NCBI GenBank assembly: GCA_027858735.1
Contig: JAQICC010000310.1
Location: forward strand, 1-59,048
Length of the DNA: 59,048 nt
Reading direction: 5' to 3'
From: Salinivirgaceae bacterium
GTDB taxonomy: Bacteria > Bacteroidota > Bacteroidia > Bacteroidales > SZUA-534
A model generated the notes under the pieces. The model saw nothing but the letters and a program-made list of their open reading frames with translations, was not told the DNA's origin and did not search any database. This document shows, in pieces, positions 1 through 10,250 of this stretch. Made by a program: the position numbers and the translations under genes. The first letter of the stretch is position 1. Each line of letters opens with the position of its first letter.

Positions 1-86
1 CCGAGTTTTCTTGCACGCACTAATTAGTACACTGTATTCAAAATCACAACAAATAAAAATTAGTCAATAATAAATTTAAACATACT

Positions 87-288
87 ATGAAACTTAAGAA
101 TATTTTTTTAAGCTTTTCAGTGGCGTTTTTTTAACACAATAGCATTGAATGCGCAAAATATTCCTCTTATAATTGAAGCCGAATCGGGTGAGTTAGAAAT
201 TGATTTTATTACACTATATGAACAATATGTGACATTTATTTCAAATCAAGGCAGCGATGTTTCTAATACTGAAAAACAACATAGATAA
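87..288 (+). pseudogene. Frameshifted, truncated remnant of a secreted protein (signal peptide plus short N-terminal segment)
   Basis: ATG at 87 reads MKLKNIFLSFSVAFF* (TAA 132-134, at the end of a T7 run at 126-132). Deleting one T gives ...FFNTIALNAQ-NIPLIIEAESGELEIDF...HR* (TAA 286-288): a SpI signal ending A-x-A|Q followed by an 'IIEAESG' motif typical of CBM-like modules. Confidence 0.55.
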
Positions 289-322
289 CCATACAACTTT
301 CATTTTGTGTAAAAAAACTACA

Positions 323-406
323 CAGTTAACATTTACCACCCCTTGCAGTTAACATTTGCACTACAAATAATTACAAATAACCCCCTACACAAAAACATTT
401 CTCCAC
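323..406 (+). promoter_or_regulatory. Putative HTCS/AraC-type operator array upstream of susC
   Basis: CAGTTAACATTT repeated exactly at 323-334 and 346-357, plus related half-sites TACAAATAACCCC (372) and AACATTTCTCCAC (394). ACA cores at 329, 352, 373 and 395 (spacing 23/21/22). Confidence 0.55.
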
Positions 407-427
407 TATAAAAAAACGGTTTAGCTG

Positions 428-435
428 TACTTTTA
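428..435 (+). promoter_or_regulatory. Possible Bacteroidota sigma70 -7 element
   Basis: TACTTTTA versus consensus TAnnTTTG (one mismatch), between the operator array and the susC start. Confidence 0.35.
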
Positions 436-474
436 CCTCAACAATAAATACAATACAACTAAAACAAAGACATT

Positions 475-3400
475 ATGGTGAAAAGATTACATCTATTTAA
501 AAACAGAAGTTCTAAAAGCAAAATAAGTTCCTTACAAAGGGCACTTATATTTACTTTTATTATGGCAATGGTATTTCCGTTTAGCGGATTTGCCCAAGAA
601 CAAAGTATAAGCGGTACGGTTGTTAGCAGTTTGGATAAAGAACCACTACCTGGCGTTAACATTATTATTAAAGGTACAACTGAAGGTACCGTAACCGATA
701 TTGATGGAAAATTTAACATCAATGCTTCGAGCTCTGACATATTGGTAGTTTCTTTCATTGGTTTTCAAGTATTGGAATTACCAATTGGAAACCAATCGAT
801 ATTTAATGTTTCACTAATTGAAGACATCGCAGATCTTGATGAGATTGTGGTAATTGGTTATGGTGTTCAAAAAAAGAAGCTACTTACCGGTGCTACTGCT
901 CAAATTAAAGGTGACGATCTTGAAAAACGCAATTCTACAAACACTCTTCAAGCAATGCAAGGCCAAATAGCAGGGGTTAATATAACCTCAACATCAGGTC
1001 AGCCTGGTGAGAGTATGAAAGTTACCATTCGCGGTGTGGGTACTATTGGTGATGCTTCTCCACTTTATATTGTTGATGGTATACAAACATCCGATATCGA
1101 TTACTTAAACAGTGCTGACATTGAATCAATTGATGTACTAAAAGATGCTGCATCTGCAGCCATATATGGATCGAGAGCTGCCAATGGTGTTGTACTAATT
1201 ACCACAAAAAAAGGGACAGCAGGAAAATCTCAGCTTACATTCGATGCCTATTATGGCGTGCAAAATTTAGCTAAAAAAATAGATTTATTAAATGCCGAAC
1301 AGTATACCATGATTATAAATGAACAAGAATTAAATAATGGAATACCTGAAGACAGATTAACTTTTGACCTTGACAACCTTCCAGCTTACACCAATAAAGG
1401 TACTGCAAATACTGATTGGTTAGATAAAATGTTTGTGAAAAATGCACTAAACAAAAACATGGTTGTTGGTCTTACAGGCGGAAGCGAACAATCTACTTAC
1501 TCCATGTCGCTTTCATATACCGGACAAGAAGGTATTGTAGGAGGTGCTGATCTTTCAAACTACGAACGCTACGGCGGCCGCTTTAATTCAGAACACAAGT
1601 TGTATGACGAACGCATTAAAGTAGGTCAAAACTTAACCTTAACCTACATAAATGATAATGGTATTCTGGTTGGAGATCAATATGGCAATTCGCTTCGGGG
1701 TGCATTCAACACCAGCCCTATATTACCAATGTATAATAACGATGGAGAGTTTATGAGTTCTGCTGATCCTGACATTGTTGATCAGAATGGAGAGGTTTAT
1801 TGGCATCCAAATGAAGTGAACCCTTATGCTAGCATGGTTTACAACAACCAAAATGCAAACAATACACAAAAAGCAATTGGTAATGTATATGCCGAAATTA
1901 AACTAATACCAAATCTTAAGTTTAGAACTTCACTAGGGGTTGATTTTTATAGTAAAGAAAGCAGAAGCTATAAACCCATATATGAATTATCATCTCAAGC
2001 TGTTAATATTAGATCAAAAGCAAATCAAAGAATGGAAAAAGGCTTAGGTTTAACTTTTGATAATTTATTAACCTATTCTACAAATATAGCCAGTCATAAA
2101 ATTGATGGAATGGCAGGTATGTCAAGTCAACAATACGCAGGATCGGAAATTTTCGGTGAAAATTCTAACGTTGCATTCTACGATCTTGACCATGCTTATT
2201 TAGATAATACAACCAACCAAGAGTGGGCAAACCTAAAATTACAAGGCAAACCTCACGATGAAGACAGACTACTTTCATATTTCGGTCGTGTTCAATATGG
2301 ATATAATGAAACCTATTTATTCAACGCTACCTTCAGAGCTGATGGATCGTCGAAATTCGCTAAAGGCAATCGTTGGGGATATTTTCCATCCGTATCAGCA
2401 GGTTGGGTAATGTCTAACGAACCGTTTATGACTCCAACAAGTGCCGTTTTAAATTTCTTTAAACTTAGAACCAGCTGGGGACAAAATGGGAATCAAAACA
2501 TAAAATCATTCCAATACCTTGCACCAATACAATTTACCCAAGCTGTTTATAATTTTGGTGATACAGAAGGAGTAAATACAAATGGATCATTTCCTAACAG
2601 ACTTCCTAATAAAAATTTAAAATGGGAAACTTCAGAACAGCTAAATATTGGTTTTGATGCGCGACTTTTAAGCAGCCGCCTTTCAGTTAATTTCGATTAC
2701 TATAATAAAACAACAAAAGATTGGTTAATTACGGCGCCTGTATTATCTACTGCTGGCGCTGACGAACCTTATACCAATGGTGGCAATGTTACTAACAAAG
2801 GACTTGAATTGGCCTTAACATTTACCGAAAGAGCTGGTGATTTTTCTTATTCCATTAACGCCAATGGTGCATTTAACAAAAACAATGTTACCGAAATACC
2901 TACCGAAGATGGAATAGTTCACGGTGCCAGCAACATGCTTTATGTGAATGGTCCTGAATTTTACCGTGCCGAATCGGGGCACCCAATTGGCTATTTCTGG
3001 GGATATGAAACTGATGGGCTGTTTCAAAATGAAAATGATATTACAAGCTATGTGGATGCCGATGGCAATATGATTCAATCAAGAGCAGAACCGGGTGACG
3101 TAAAACTCGTTGATAAAAATGGTGATGGTGTACTTGATGATTTAGACAAAGTTGAATTAGGTGATCCGAACCCAGATTTTATTTACGGATTAAGTTTTAA
3201 TTGCTCGTACAAAGCGTTCGATTTCATGCTGATAACCAATGGCGTTATGGGTAACCAAATTGTACAAACTTACCGTAGTGGCGATAAATACAGCAACTAT
3301 ACTACCGCAGTGCTAGATCGTTGGACAGGCGAAGGTACTTCAAACACAGTTCCCAGAGTAACAAATAGTAATGTAAATTACAGTCAATTTACCGAGTTCT

Positions 3401-3666
3401 ACATGCAAAGCGGTAATTATTACAGAATAAGCAACCTAACATTAGGGTTTGATTTTGCAAAAATGTTTACCATTAAAAATATAAGCCAACTCCGCTTTTA
3501 TGTATCAGGTCAAAACCTTTATACATTCACAAAATATGATGGTATGGATCCTGAAATTGGTTATGGCTTTGATAACGGTGACTCTGATAAATTCTCATCA
3601 GGTATTGATTTAGGCTATTATCCTCGTCCGAGAACTATCCTAGCTGGTGTAAGTGTTAAATTTTAA
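475..3666 (+). CDS. susC: SusC/RagA-family TonB-dependent outer-membrane transporter
   Basis: 1063 aa. CarboxypepD-like N-domain (PLPGVNIIIKGT), plug signature 'DIESIDVLKDAASAAIYGSRAANGVVLITTK', LKWET motif, C-terminal 'YPRPRT...VKF'. Confidence 0.97.
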   Translation: MVKRLHLFKNRSSKSKISSLQRALIFTFIMAMVFPFSGFAQEQSISGTVVSSLDKEPLPGVNIIIKGTTEGTVTDIDGKFNINASSSDILVVSFIGFQVLELPIGNQSIFNVSLIEDIADLDEIVVIGYGVQKKKLLTGATAQIKGDDLEKRNSTNTLQAMQGQIAGVNITSTSGQPGESMKVTIRGVGTIGDASPLYIVDGIQTSDIDYLNSADIESIDVLKDAASAAIYGSRAANGVVLITTKKGTAGKSQLTFDAYYGVQNLAKKIDLLNAEQYTMIINEQELNNGIPEDRLTFDLDNLPAYTNKGTANTDWLDKMFVKNALNKNMVVGLTGGSEQSTYSMSLSYTGQEGIVGGADLSNYERYGGRFNSEHKLYDERIKVGQNLTLTYINDNGILVGDQYGNSLRGAFNTSPILPMYNNDGEFMSSADPDIVDQNGEVYWHPNEVNPYASMVYNNQNANNTQKAIGNVYAEIKLIPNLKFRTSLGVDFYSKESRSYKPIYELSSQAVNIRSKANQRMEKGLGLTFDNLLTYSTNIASHKIDGMAGMSSQQYAGSEIFGENSNVAFYDLDHAYLDNTTNQEWANLKLQGKPHDEDRLLSYFGRVQYGYNETYLFNATFRADGSSKFAKGNRWGYFPSVSAGWVMSNEPFMTPTSAVLNFFKLRTSWGQNGNQNIKSFQYLAPIQFTQAVYNFGDTEGVNTNGSFPNRLPNKNLKWETSEQLNIGFDARLLSSRLSVNFDYYNKTTKDWLITAPVLSTAGADEPYTNGGNVTNKGLELALTFTERAGDFSYSINANGAFNKNNVTEIPTEDGIVHGASNMLYVNGPEFYRAESGHPIGYFWGYETDGLFQNENDITSYVDADGNMIQSRAEPGDVKLVDKNGDGVLDDLDKVELGDPNPDFIYGLSFNCSYKAFDFMLITNGVMGNQIVQTYRSGDKYSNYTTAVLDRWTGEGTSNTVPRVTNSNVNYSQFTEFYMQSGNYYRISNLTLGFDFAKMFTIKNISQLRFYVSGQNLYTFTKYDGMDPEIGYGFDNGDSDKFSSGIDLGYYPRPRTILAGVSVKF

Positions 3667-3677
3667 AACTTAGAAAA

Positions 3678-5312
3678 ATGAATTTGAAAAATATATTAAT
3701 AATAGCGGGTGTTGTCTTCTTCACAAGTTCTTGCAGCAAAGACTTCTTAGACACTAAGCCAATAACAAAAAAAACGGATGCCACATATTATACCACTCCA
3801 CAAGAAATCGCTGAAGCTTTAACTGGTTGTTACGATGGTCTTCAATTAAATTATAATGGGGGCACTGCCTTACCTGTTGCTTCAATGGTGCTATCTGACT
3901 TATGTTTTGGTGGAACAGGTGCAACTGATAATGATGATTACAGAATGCTCGATGAATTTGATATAAATGTTGCTCCATCATATATGAATATGTATCAAGG
4001 GGGATGGCAAAATATGTACAAAACAATTTACCGTTGCAATATGGTTCTTTCAAGAATGGGACAAGTTGACTGGGGAAACACTCCTGAATTGGCAACAGAA
4101 CTTGAAGCAGAAGCCCGTTTTATAAGAGCTTATACCTATTTCGATCTCGTTCGTATGTTTGAACGTGTACCTTTATTAACAGAACCTTCAACGGGAAATA
4201 TTCCACAAAGCGAACCTGACGAAACCTACAAATTAATTACAGAAGATTTATTGTTCGCAATAAAAAATGGTAACACATTGAAATACAATCAAATTGCATC
4301 AACAAACTATGGTCATGCAAACAAATGGGCTGCAGCGTCATTAATGGCTCGGGTTTATTTATATTATACAGGTTATTACGGTAAAAGTGATCTTTTAGGA
4401 TTGGTTTCAAAAACAGATGCTTTAGAGTATGTTGAAGATGTAATTACTAATAGTAGTTATGGTTTGGTAGATAATTATTACGATTTATGGCCTGCTTCTG
4501 CTAATTATCAAGCTGTAAAAAATGGGGGAACTCTTGCCGATAACACATATGCAGGAGAAACAAATAAAGAAATTGTGTTCGCTATTAAATATACTTATAC
4601 AAGTAGTTACGACCCTGAAAATACAGATGGAAACCATTGGATGATCATGAACGGTCTAAGAGTTACAACATGGGCACCAAATGGTTACGCCCAAGGCTGG
4701 GGATGCAGCACTGTATTATCGGATGTTTACAATAACTGGGATGCTAATGATGACCGTCGTGAAGCATCAATTATGGCAATTGAAGAAGAAGGAATTGAGT
4801 TTAATGAAGCAGGTGTAAAAGAATATACCGGCTATTATACCAAAAAATACACTCCCACTTGTGACGAAAACGGAACCCCTAATGCGAGTTTAGTTGGTGG
4901 GGAAGATTTCATGATTGGTAACTATCAGGATTACTTCGCTATACGTTATGCTGATGTTCTTTTAATGGCAGCTGAATTAGGAAGCAGCAATGCTTTAGAT
5001 TACGTAAACCAAGTTCGCAATCGATCAAATGCTGAATTATTAACTTCCGTAGATAAAGATGTAATTTTTGAAGAACGTCGTTTAGAACTTGCTTTTGAAG
5101 GTATACGCTATTGGGATATTCTCAGATACGATCATACGCTAGCATATGCAGCTCAAAAAGTCAGTTTTAATGGTATTGTTAAAACAGGAGGTGTTGATGC
5201 GCAAAAAATTATTGACGGTTCTAATTTAGTTAATTGCCGGGGTTTGTTCCAAATACCAAACGATGAAATTACACTTTCTAACGGAGTACTAAAACAAAAC
5301 CCAGGTTGGTAA
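3678..5312 (+). CDS. susD: SusD/RagB-family glycan-binding lipoprotein
   Basis: Lipobox FTSSC; 'EARFIRAYTYFDLVRMF', 'RYADVLLMAAE', 'ERRLELAFEG.RYWD', C-terminal QNPGW; directly follows susC. Confidence 0.96.
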   Translation: MNLKNILIIAGVVFFTSSCSKDFLDTKPITKKTDATYYTTPQEIAEALTGCYDGLQLNYNGGTALPVASMVLSDLCFGGTGATDNDDYRMLDEFDINVAPSYMNMYQGGWQNMYKTIYRCNMVLSRMGQVDWGNTPELATELEAEARFIRAYTYFDLVRMFERVPLLTEPSTGNIPQSEPDETYKLITEDLLFAIKNGNTLKYNQIASTNYGHANKWAAASLMARVYLYYTGYYGKSDLLGLVSKTDALEYVEDVITNSSYGLVDNYYDLWPASANYQAVKNGGTLADNTYAGETNKEIVFAIKYTYTSSYDPENTDGNHWMIMNGLRVTTWAPNGYAQGWGCSTVLSDVYNNWDANDDRREASIMAIEEEGIEFNEAGVKEYTGYYTKKYTPTCDENGTPNASLVGGEDFMIGNYQDYFAIRYADVLLMAAELGSSNALDYVNQVRNRSNAELLTSVDKDVIFEERRLELAFEGIRYWDILRYDHTLAYAAQKVSFNGIVKTGGVDAQKIIDGSNLVNCRGLFQIPNDEITLSNGVLKQNPGW

Positions 5313-5410
5313 TAAATAGTTATTATTATCCTAATAACAGCCAAATAATTGTTTTTATGTTGAAGCATAAAACAACTAAAACAAAGCTATTATTAAAACA
5401 TAAACTAAAC

Positions 5411-5440
5411 ATAAGAGGCTCCATAAAAAGAGCCTCTTAT
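5411..5440 (+). terminator. Hairpin after susD (terminator or mRNA-stabilising stem)
   Basis: ATAAGAGGCTC-N8-GAGCCTCTTAT, a perfect 11-bp stem; weak U tail. Confidence 0.6.
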
Positions 5441-5515
5441 TAAAAATATTTTTCTTAAATTCAAGAAGTAATTCAAACTATGATTGACAGTATTCACCCT
5501 AAAAAAAAATGAAAA

Positions 5516-7942
5516 ATGAAAAGTTATCGTGTAACCAATATTTTATGGCTTGTGGCAATGGCTATTCTTTTTGTTTCGTGCAACAAAAAGGCTATCACTC
5601 CAAGGGAAAATTTGAGTTTTAATGAAAACTGGAAGTTTATATTACACGATTCATCGGCCTACAATTTAACCAATTTTAATGATGAGCAATGGAGAAACTT
5701 AAACCTACCTCACGATTGGAGCATTGAAGGAAAATTTAGTGAACATGCGCCAGCAGGAACAGGCGGCGGAGCACTGCCCGGAGGAGTTGGTTGGTACCGC
5801 AAACAATTTACATTGCCAATTTCCGACACTGCAAAAAAAATATACATAACCTTCGATGGTGTTTACCAAAATAGCGAAGTTTATATCAATGGCCAACTTC
5901 TTGGTAAACGACCCAATGGATATATCTCATTTCAGTACGATTTAACTCCCTATTTAAGTTATGGCAACAAAGAAAATACCATTGCTGTTCGCGTTGACAA
6001 TTCCGACCAACCAAATTCACGTTGGTATTCCGGTTCTGGAATTTACAGAAATGTTTGGTTACTAAAAACCAATCCCATACATGTAAACCTTTGGGGTACT
6101 CATATTACTACACCCACAGTAAATAATGAAAGAGCCGAGGTTAATATTTCAATTGAAATAAAAAATACTTCCGCTAAAACTGAAAGTCTAAAAGTAATAA
6201 CAAAAATTATTGATAACAATGGAAATGAAGTTACTAAGGTGATTTCAAATATTGATATTAACGAAAATACGCTTGGCTCTGTTAAGCAAAAACTATCGAT
6301 TAAAAACCCCATACTATGGAGTACCGATAACCCCTATCTGTACAAAGCAGTAAATTACATAAAACTGAATAATAAAACCATTGATGTTTATGAAACCACC
6401 TTTGGCATTCGATATTTTGAATTTAATAGCGAAAAGGGTTTTTTATTAAACGGCATGCAGGTAAAAATAAAAGGGGTGTGCAATCATCACGATTTGGGAG
6501 CATTAGGTTCAGCCATAAGCATGCGCGGCAAGGAACGCCAAATTGAAATATTGAAAAAGATGGGTTGCAACGGAATTCGCACCTCTCACAATCCACCAAG
6601 CCCAGAGTTGCTAAACCTTTGCGACCGTATGGGCTTTATAGTGCAAAACGAGACCTTCGATGTGTGGGCCATGAAAAAGGTGGAGAACGATTATGCCAAA
6701 TATTGGGACGAATGGCATGTTAAAGATTTAACTGATCATTTATTGCGCGACCGCAACCATGCCTCAGTATTCTCATGGAGTATTGGCAATGAAATATTGG
6801 AGCAATGGGACACTTCTGGAGTTGCTATAGCAAAAGAATTGGCTTCTATTGTAAAGCAATACGCACCCAACATGCCCGTAACTTCAGGCTGTAACGACCC
6901 CGAACCCCATAACAATATTATTAAATCGGGAGCACTCGATTTAATTGGTTTTAACTACCACCATGAAACATTTGAACTTTTTCAAGAGAAATTCCCCGGA
7001 CAAGTATTTATTGGTACCGAAACCGGATCATCATTAAACTCTCGTGGAGTTTATAACATGCCAAGTGACAGTATTAACATTTGGCCTGTACGATGGGACA
7101 TTCCTTTTAATGATGGGAACCCCGACAATACATGTTCGTCATACGACAATTGCCGCGCCCCATGGGGGTCAACTCATTCCGACACTTGGAAGCTAATTAA
7201 AAAGCACGATTATTTATCGGGCATGTACATTTGGACAGGTTTTGACTATTTAGGAGAACCTACCCCCTACCAATGGCCATCGCGCAGTTCATATTTCGGA
7301 ATTATTGATTTAGCCGGCTTTCCAAAGGATGCCTACTATATGTATCAAAGCGAATGGACTGACGAACCGGTGTTACATATTTTTCCACACTGGAACTGGG
7401 AAGAAGGGCAGAATATAGATATTTGGGCATATACAAATTTTGACGAAGTTGAACTATTTATCAATGATAAATCACAAGGTATAAAATCAAAGAAGGGTGA
7501 CGATTTACGAATTCAATGGAATGTGAATTTTGAAGCCGGAACACTTAAAGCGGTGGGTAAAAAAGCAAATGGCGATACCAAAGAAGTTGTTATAAACACA
7601 GCCGGTAAAGCTGCAAAAATTCTGTTGGAAGCCGATAGAAGTGCAATAAAAGCAGACAATGCTGATCTTTCGTTTGTAACGGTTACCATTTTAGACAAGG
7701 ATGGAAACATGGTGCCAAATGCTGACAATCTAGTAACTTTTGAAGTATCAGAATTAGCACGCATAGCAGGAGTTGATAATGGACTTCAAACAAGTATGGA
7801 ATCTTTTAAAGCAAATTATAGAAAGGCCTATAATGGAAAGTGTTTGGTTATATTACAAGCAGGCAAAAAATCGGGTACAGCTCTGTTAAAGGCTAAAGCG
7901 GAAGGTTTAATAGAAACATCGATAGAAATAAATTTACAATAG
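5516..7942 (+). CDS. GH2 glycoside hydrolase (beta-galactosidase-like), lipoprotein
   Basis: Lipobox LFVSC; LPHDWSI, GVCNHHDLG, RTSHNPP, WSIGNE (acid/base), WTGFDYLGEP, GIIDLAGFPKD. Confidence 0.92.
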   Translation: MKSYRVTNILWLVAMAILFVSCNKKAITPRENLSFNENWKFILHDSSAYNLTNFNDEQWRNLNLPHDWSIEGKFSEHAPAGTGGGALPGGVGWYRKQFTLPISDTAKKIYITFDGVYQNSEVYINGQLLGKRPNGYISFQYDLTPYLSYGNKENTIAVRVDNSDQPNSRWYSGSGIYRNVWLLKTNPIHVNLWGTHITTPTVNNERAEVNISIEIKNTSAKTESLKVITKIIDNNGNEVTKVISNIDINENTLGSVKQKLSIKNPILWSTDNPYLYKAVNYIKLNNKTIDVYETTFGIRYFEFNSEKGFLLNGMQVKIKGVCNHHDLGALGSAISMRGKERQIEILKKMGCNGIRTSHNPPSPELLNLCDRMGFIVQNETFDVWAMKKVENDYAKYWDEWHVKDLTDHLLRDRNHASVFSWSIGNEILEQWDTSGVAIAKELASIVKQYAPNMPVTSGCNDPEPHNNIIKSGALDLIGFNYHHETFELFQEKFPGQVFIGTETGSSLNSRGVYNMPSDSINIWPVRWDIPFNDGNPDNTCSSYDNCRAPWGSTHSDTWKLIKKHDYLSGMYIWTGFDYLGEPTPYQWPSRSSYFGIIDLAGFPKDAYYMYQSEWTDEPVLHIFPHWNWEEGQNIDIWAYTNFDEVELFINDKSQGIKSKKGDDLRIQWNVNFEAGTLKAVGKKANGDTKEVVINTAGKAAKILLEADRSAIKADNADLSFVTVTILDKDGNMVPNADNLVTFEVSELARIAGVDNGLQTSMESFKANYRKAYNGKCLVILQAGKKSGTALLKAKAEGLIETSIEINLQ

Positions 7943-7966
7943 GTTTTCATAAATAGGTTTAAGTAG

Positions 7967-8014
7967 TTTGAGAAAATGAACGTGAGAGGTAAAACTCTCG
8001 CTTCATTTCTCAAA
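7967..8014 (+). terminator. Long imperfect hairpin downstream of GH2
   Basis: TTTGAGAAAATGAACGTGAGAG-GTAAAA-CTCTCGCTTCATTTCTCAAA. Confidence 0.5.
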
Positions 8015-8129
8015 TAAAAACAAAAACCTACCATAATGAACAACATCCCAACAAACTGTGGGGAATAAGAGCCACAATATGGAACTGAAATATTAAATAC
8101 TATAAAAAAAACAAATTAAATTATTGAAT

Positions 8130-10115
8130 ATGAATCGTATCGCCTTAATGTTAATCATGGTTTTAGGAATGGGTGCATGCTCATCGCCAAAAAGTGAGTC
8201 GTCAGCAAAAGTTCTTTCTCCTGACAAAAACATATCAGTAAACGTATGGCTAAAAAATGGCAAACCTTACTATTCAGCAAGCTATAAAGGACAAGAGGTG
8301 ATAAAACCATCAGCTTTGGGTTTGGTTTTAAGCAATAACGATACCTTATCGGCCAATTTAAAAATAGCAAATGAAGTGTATACCGCAGTAGATGATACTT
8401 GGGAGCAGCCATGGGGAGCACAAAAAATAGTTGAAAATAACTATGATCAGTATGCTGTTAATTTAATTGAAGAAACTGGTAAGAAAAGAGAAATAAGACT
8501 TGAATTCAGAGTTTTTAACGATGGTATTGGGTTTCGCTATATGGTTCCGAAACAAGCTAACTTAAAGGAGTTTGTAATTATGGACGAGCTTACAGAGTTT
8601 AACATGACCGATAATCATGAAGGATGGTGGATTCCAGCATACAAAGATAATCGTTATGAATATCTTTTTAAAAAATCGCCCCTAAGTTCGCTTGATACAG
8701 TTCATACACCATTTACAATGGAGGCTAAAGATGGGTTGCACATTAGCATTCACGAAGCCGCATTAACTAAATATGCTGCCATGACCATTGCTGCTTTAGA
8801 TAATAACAAGCTAAAATGCGATTTGGCCCCTTGGAGCGACGGTAGCAAGGTTAAAACCGCAGCACCCATGCAGTCGCCTTGGCGCACCATACAAATTTCA
8901 CCCGATGCCGCTGGTTTAATAACATCGAACCTAATTTTGAATTTGAATGAACCCAATAAATTAGAAGATTTATCGTGGGTAAAACCTACAAAATACCTTG
9001 GCATTTGGTGGGGAATGCATATTGGCAAATACACTTTTTGGGAAGATCCAAAACATGGAGCAAGCACAAAACACTCCATTGAGCATATCGACTATTCCAA
9101 AAAATTGGGTATTGACCACTTACTTATTGAAGGTTGGAACATTGGATGGACTCCAGCATGGTACGAGAATCTTTTACATGTTTTTAGCTTTACCGAAAGC
9201 ACTTCAGACTTTGATTTTAAAAAGGTAACTGATTATGCTACTGAAAATAACGTAAATATTATTGGTTATCACGAAACAGGTGCCAACATTGACAACTATC
9301 TAGGTCAAATTGATGCAGGTATGCAAATGTATAAAGATGCTGGCATGCATTCCATTAAAATTGGTCAAGTAGGATCACGGTTAATGATGAAGGAATGGCA
9401 CTATGGACAGTATGGCGTTGAATACTATGATTTTGTATTAGCTAAAGCTGCCGAATATAAATTAACAGTAAACTTTCACGAACCAATAAAACAAACAGGT
9501 AAGCACCGCACTTATCCTCATTGGTTTTCTGCTGAAGGAGCTCGTGGTCAAGAATACAATGCATGGAGCGAAGGCAATCCACCTGAGCACACGGTAATTT
9601 TACCTTTCACCCGTATGTTAGGCGGATCGATGGATTTTACTCCCGGAATTTTCAGCATAAAACCAACAAGAGTACATACTACTTTGGCAAAGCAATTGGC
9701 TTTATACTTAACTTTTTATTCTCCTCTACAAATGTTGGCCGATTTGCCTGAAAATTACGATGGACACCCAGCATTTAAATTCATGCAAGACGTTCCGGTT
9801 AACTGGGAAACAACGAAAGTGTTGAATGCCAAAATTGGTGATTATTATACGGTTGTTCGTAAAGATATTGATTCGAACGACTGGTATTTAGGAAGTATTA
9901 CCGATGAAAACGAGCTTCAATTAATGGTAAATCTTGACTTTTTAGAGCCTGGAAAAAAGTATCGTGCTGAAATTTATGCGGATGCTGCTGATGCTGAATT
10001 CGATAAAAATCCGGAAGCCTACAAGATTCTTGAAAAAGAAGTGGACAGCACCATGGATTTAACTATTCAATTAGCGAAAGGCGGTGGTCAGGCTATTCGT
10101 TTTGTTGCCTTATAA
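8130..10115 (+). CDS. GH97 alpha-glycosidase, SusB-like (inverting, alpha-glucosidase-type) clade, lipoprotein
   Basis: GH97 motifs SPWRTI, KYLGIWWGMH, LIEGWN, YHET, NFHEP, EGARGQEY, PFTRMLGGSMDFTPG; lipobox MGAC. ATG 8130 preferred over TTG 8124. Confidence 0.92.
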   Translation: MNRIALMLIMVLGMGACSSPKSESSAKVLSPDKNISVNVWLKNGKPYYSASYKGQEVIKPSALGLVLSNNDTLSANLKIANEVYTAVDDTWEQPWGAQKIVENNYDQYAVNLIEETGKKREIRLEFRVFNDGIGFRYMVPKQANLKEFVIMDELTEFNMTDNHEGWWIPAYKDNRYEYLFKKSPLSSLDTVHTPFTMEAKDGLHISIHEAALTKYAAMTIAALDNNKLKCDLAPWSDGSKVKTAAPMQSPWRTIQISPDAAGLITSNLILNLNEPNKLEDLSWVKPTKYLGIWWGMHIGKYTFWEDPKHGASTKHSIEHIDYSKKLGIDHLLIEGWNIGWTPAWYENLLHVFSFTESTSDFDFKKVTDYATENNVNIIGYHETGANIDNYLGQIDAGMQMYKDAGMHSIKIGQVGSRLMMKEWHYGQYGVEYYDFVLAKAAEYKLTVNFHEPIKQTGKHRTYPHWFSAEGARGQEYNAWSEGNPPEHTVILPFTRMLGGSMDFTPGIFSIKPTRVHTTLAKQLALYLTFYSPLQMLADLPENYDGHPAFKFMQDVPVNWETTKVLNAKIGDYYTVVRKDIDSNDWYLGSITDENELQLMVNLDFLEPGKKYRAEIYADAADAEFDKNPEAYKILEKEVDSTMDLTIQLAKGGGQAIRFVAL

Positions 10116-10120
10116 AAACA

Positions 10121-10198
10121 ACTCTGAGAGACTCTGTGATATAGCTTTTTAAAATTATAACACAGAGTTTCACAAAGAAGGCACAAAGGTACACAGAG
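10121..10198. repeat. Inverted array of ~10-bp CTCTG(A/T)G / CACA(G/A)AG units
   Basis: ACTCTGAG (10121) and ACTCTGTG (10131), then ACACAGAG (10160), TCACAAAG (10170), GCACAAAG (10181) and ACACAGAG (10191); the halves are mutually complementary. Confidence 0.7.
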
Positions 10199-10250
10199 AA
10201 ATATTAAAAATTTAAAGCTTAGAATAACATTCAATCATAGCCTATATCAA

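Noticed and set aside
300-474. Invertible (phase-variable) promoter for susC
   Set aside because: The repeats here are direct rather than inverted, and no recombinase gene is present.
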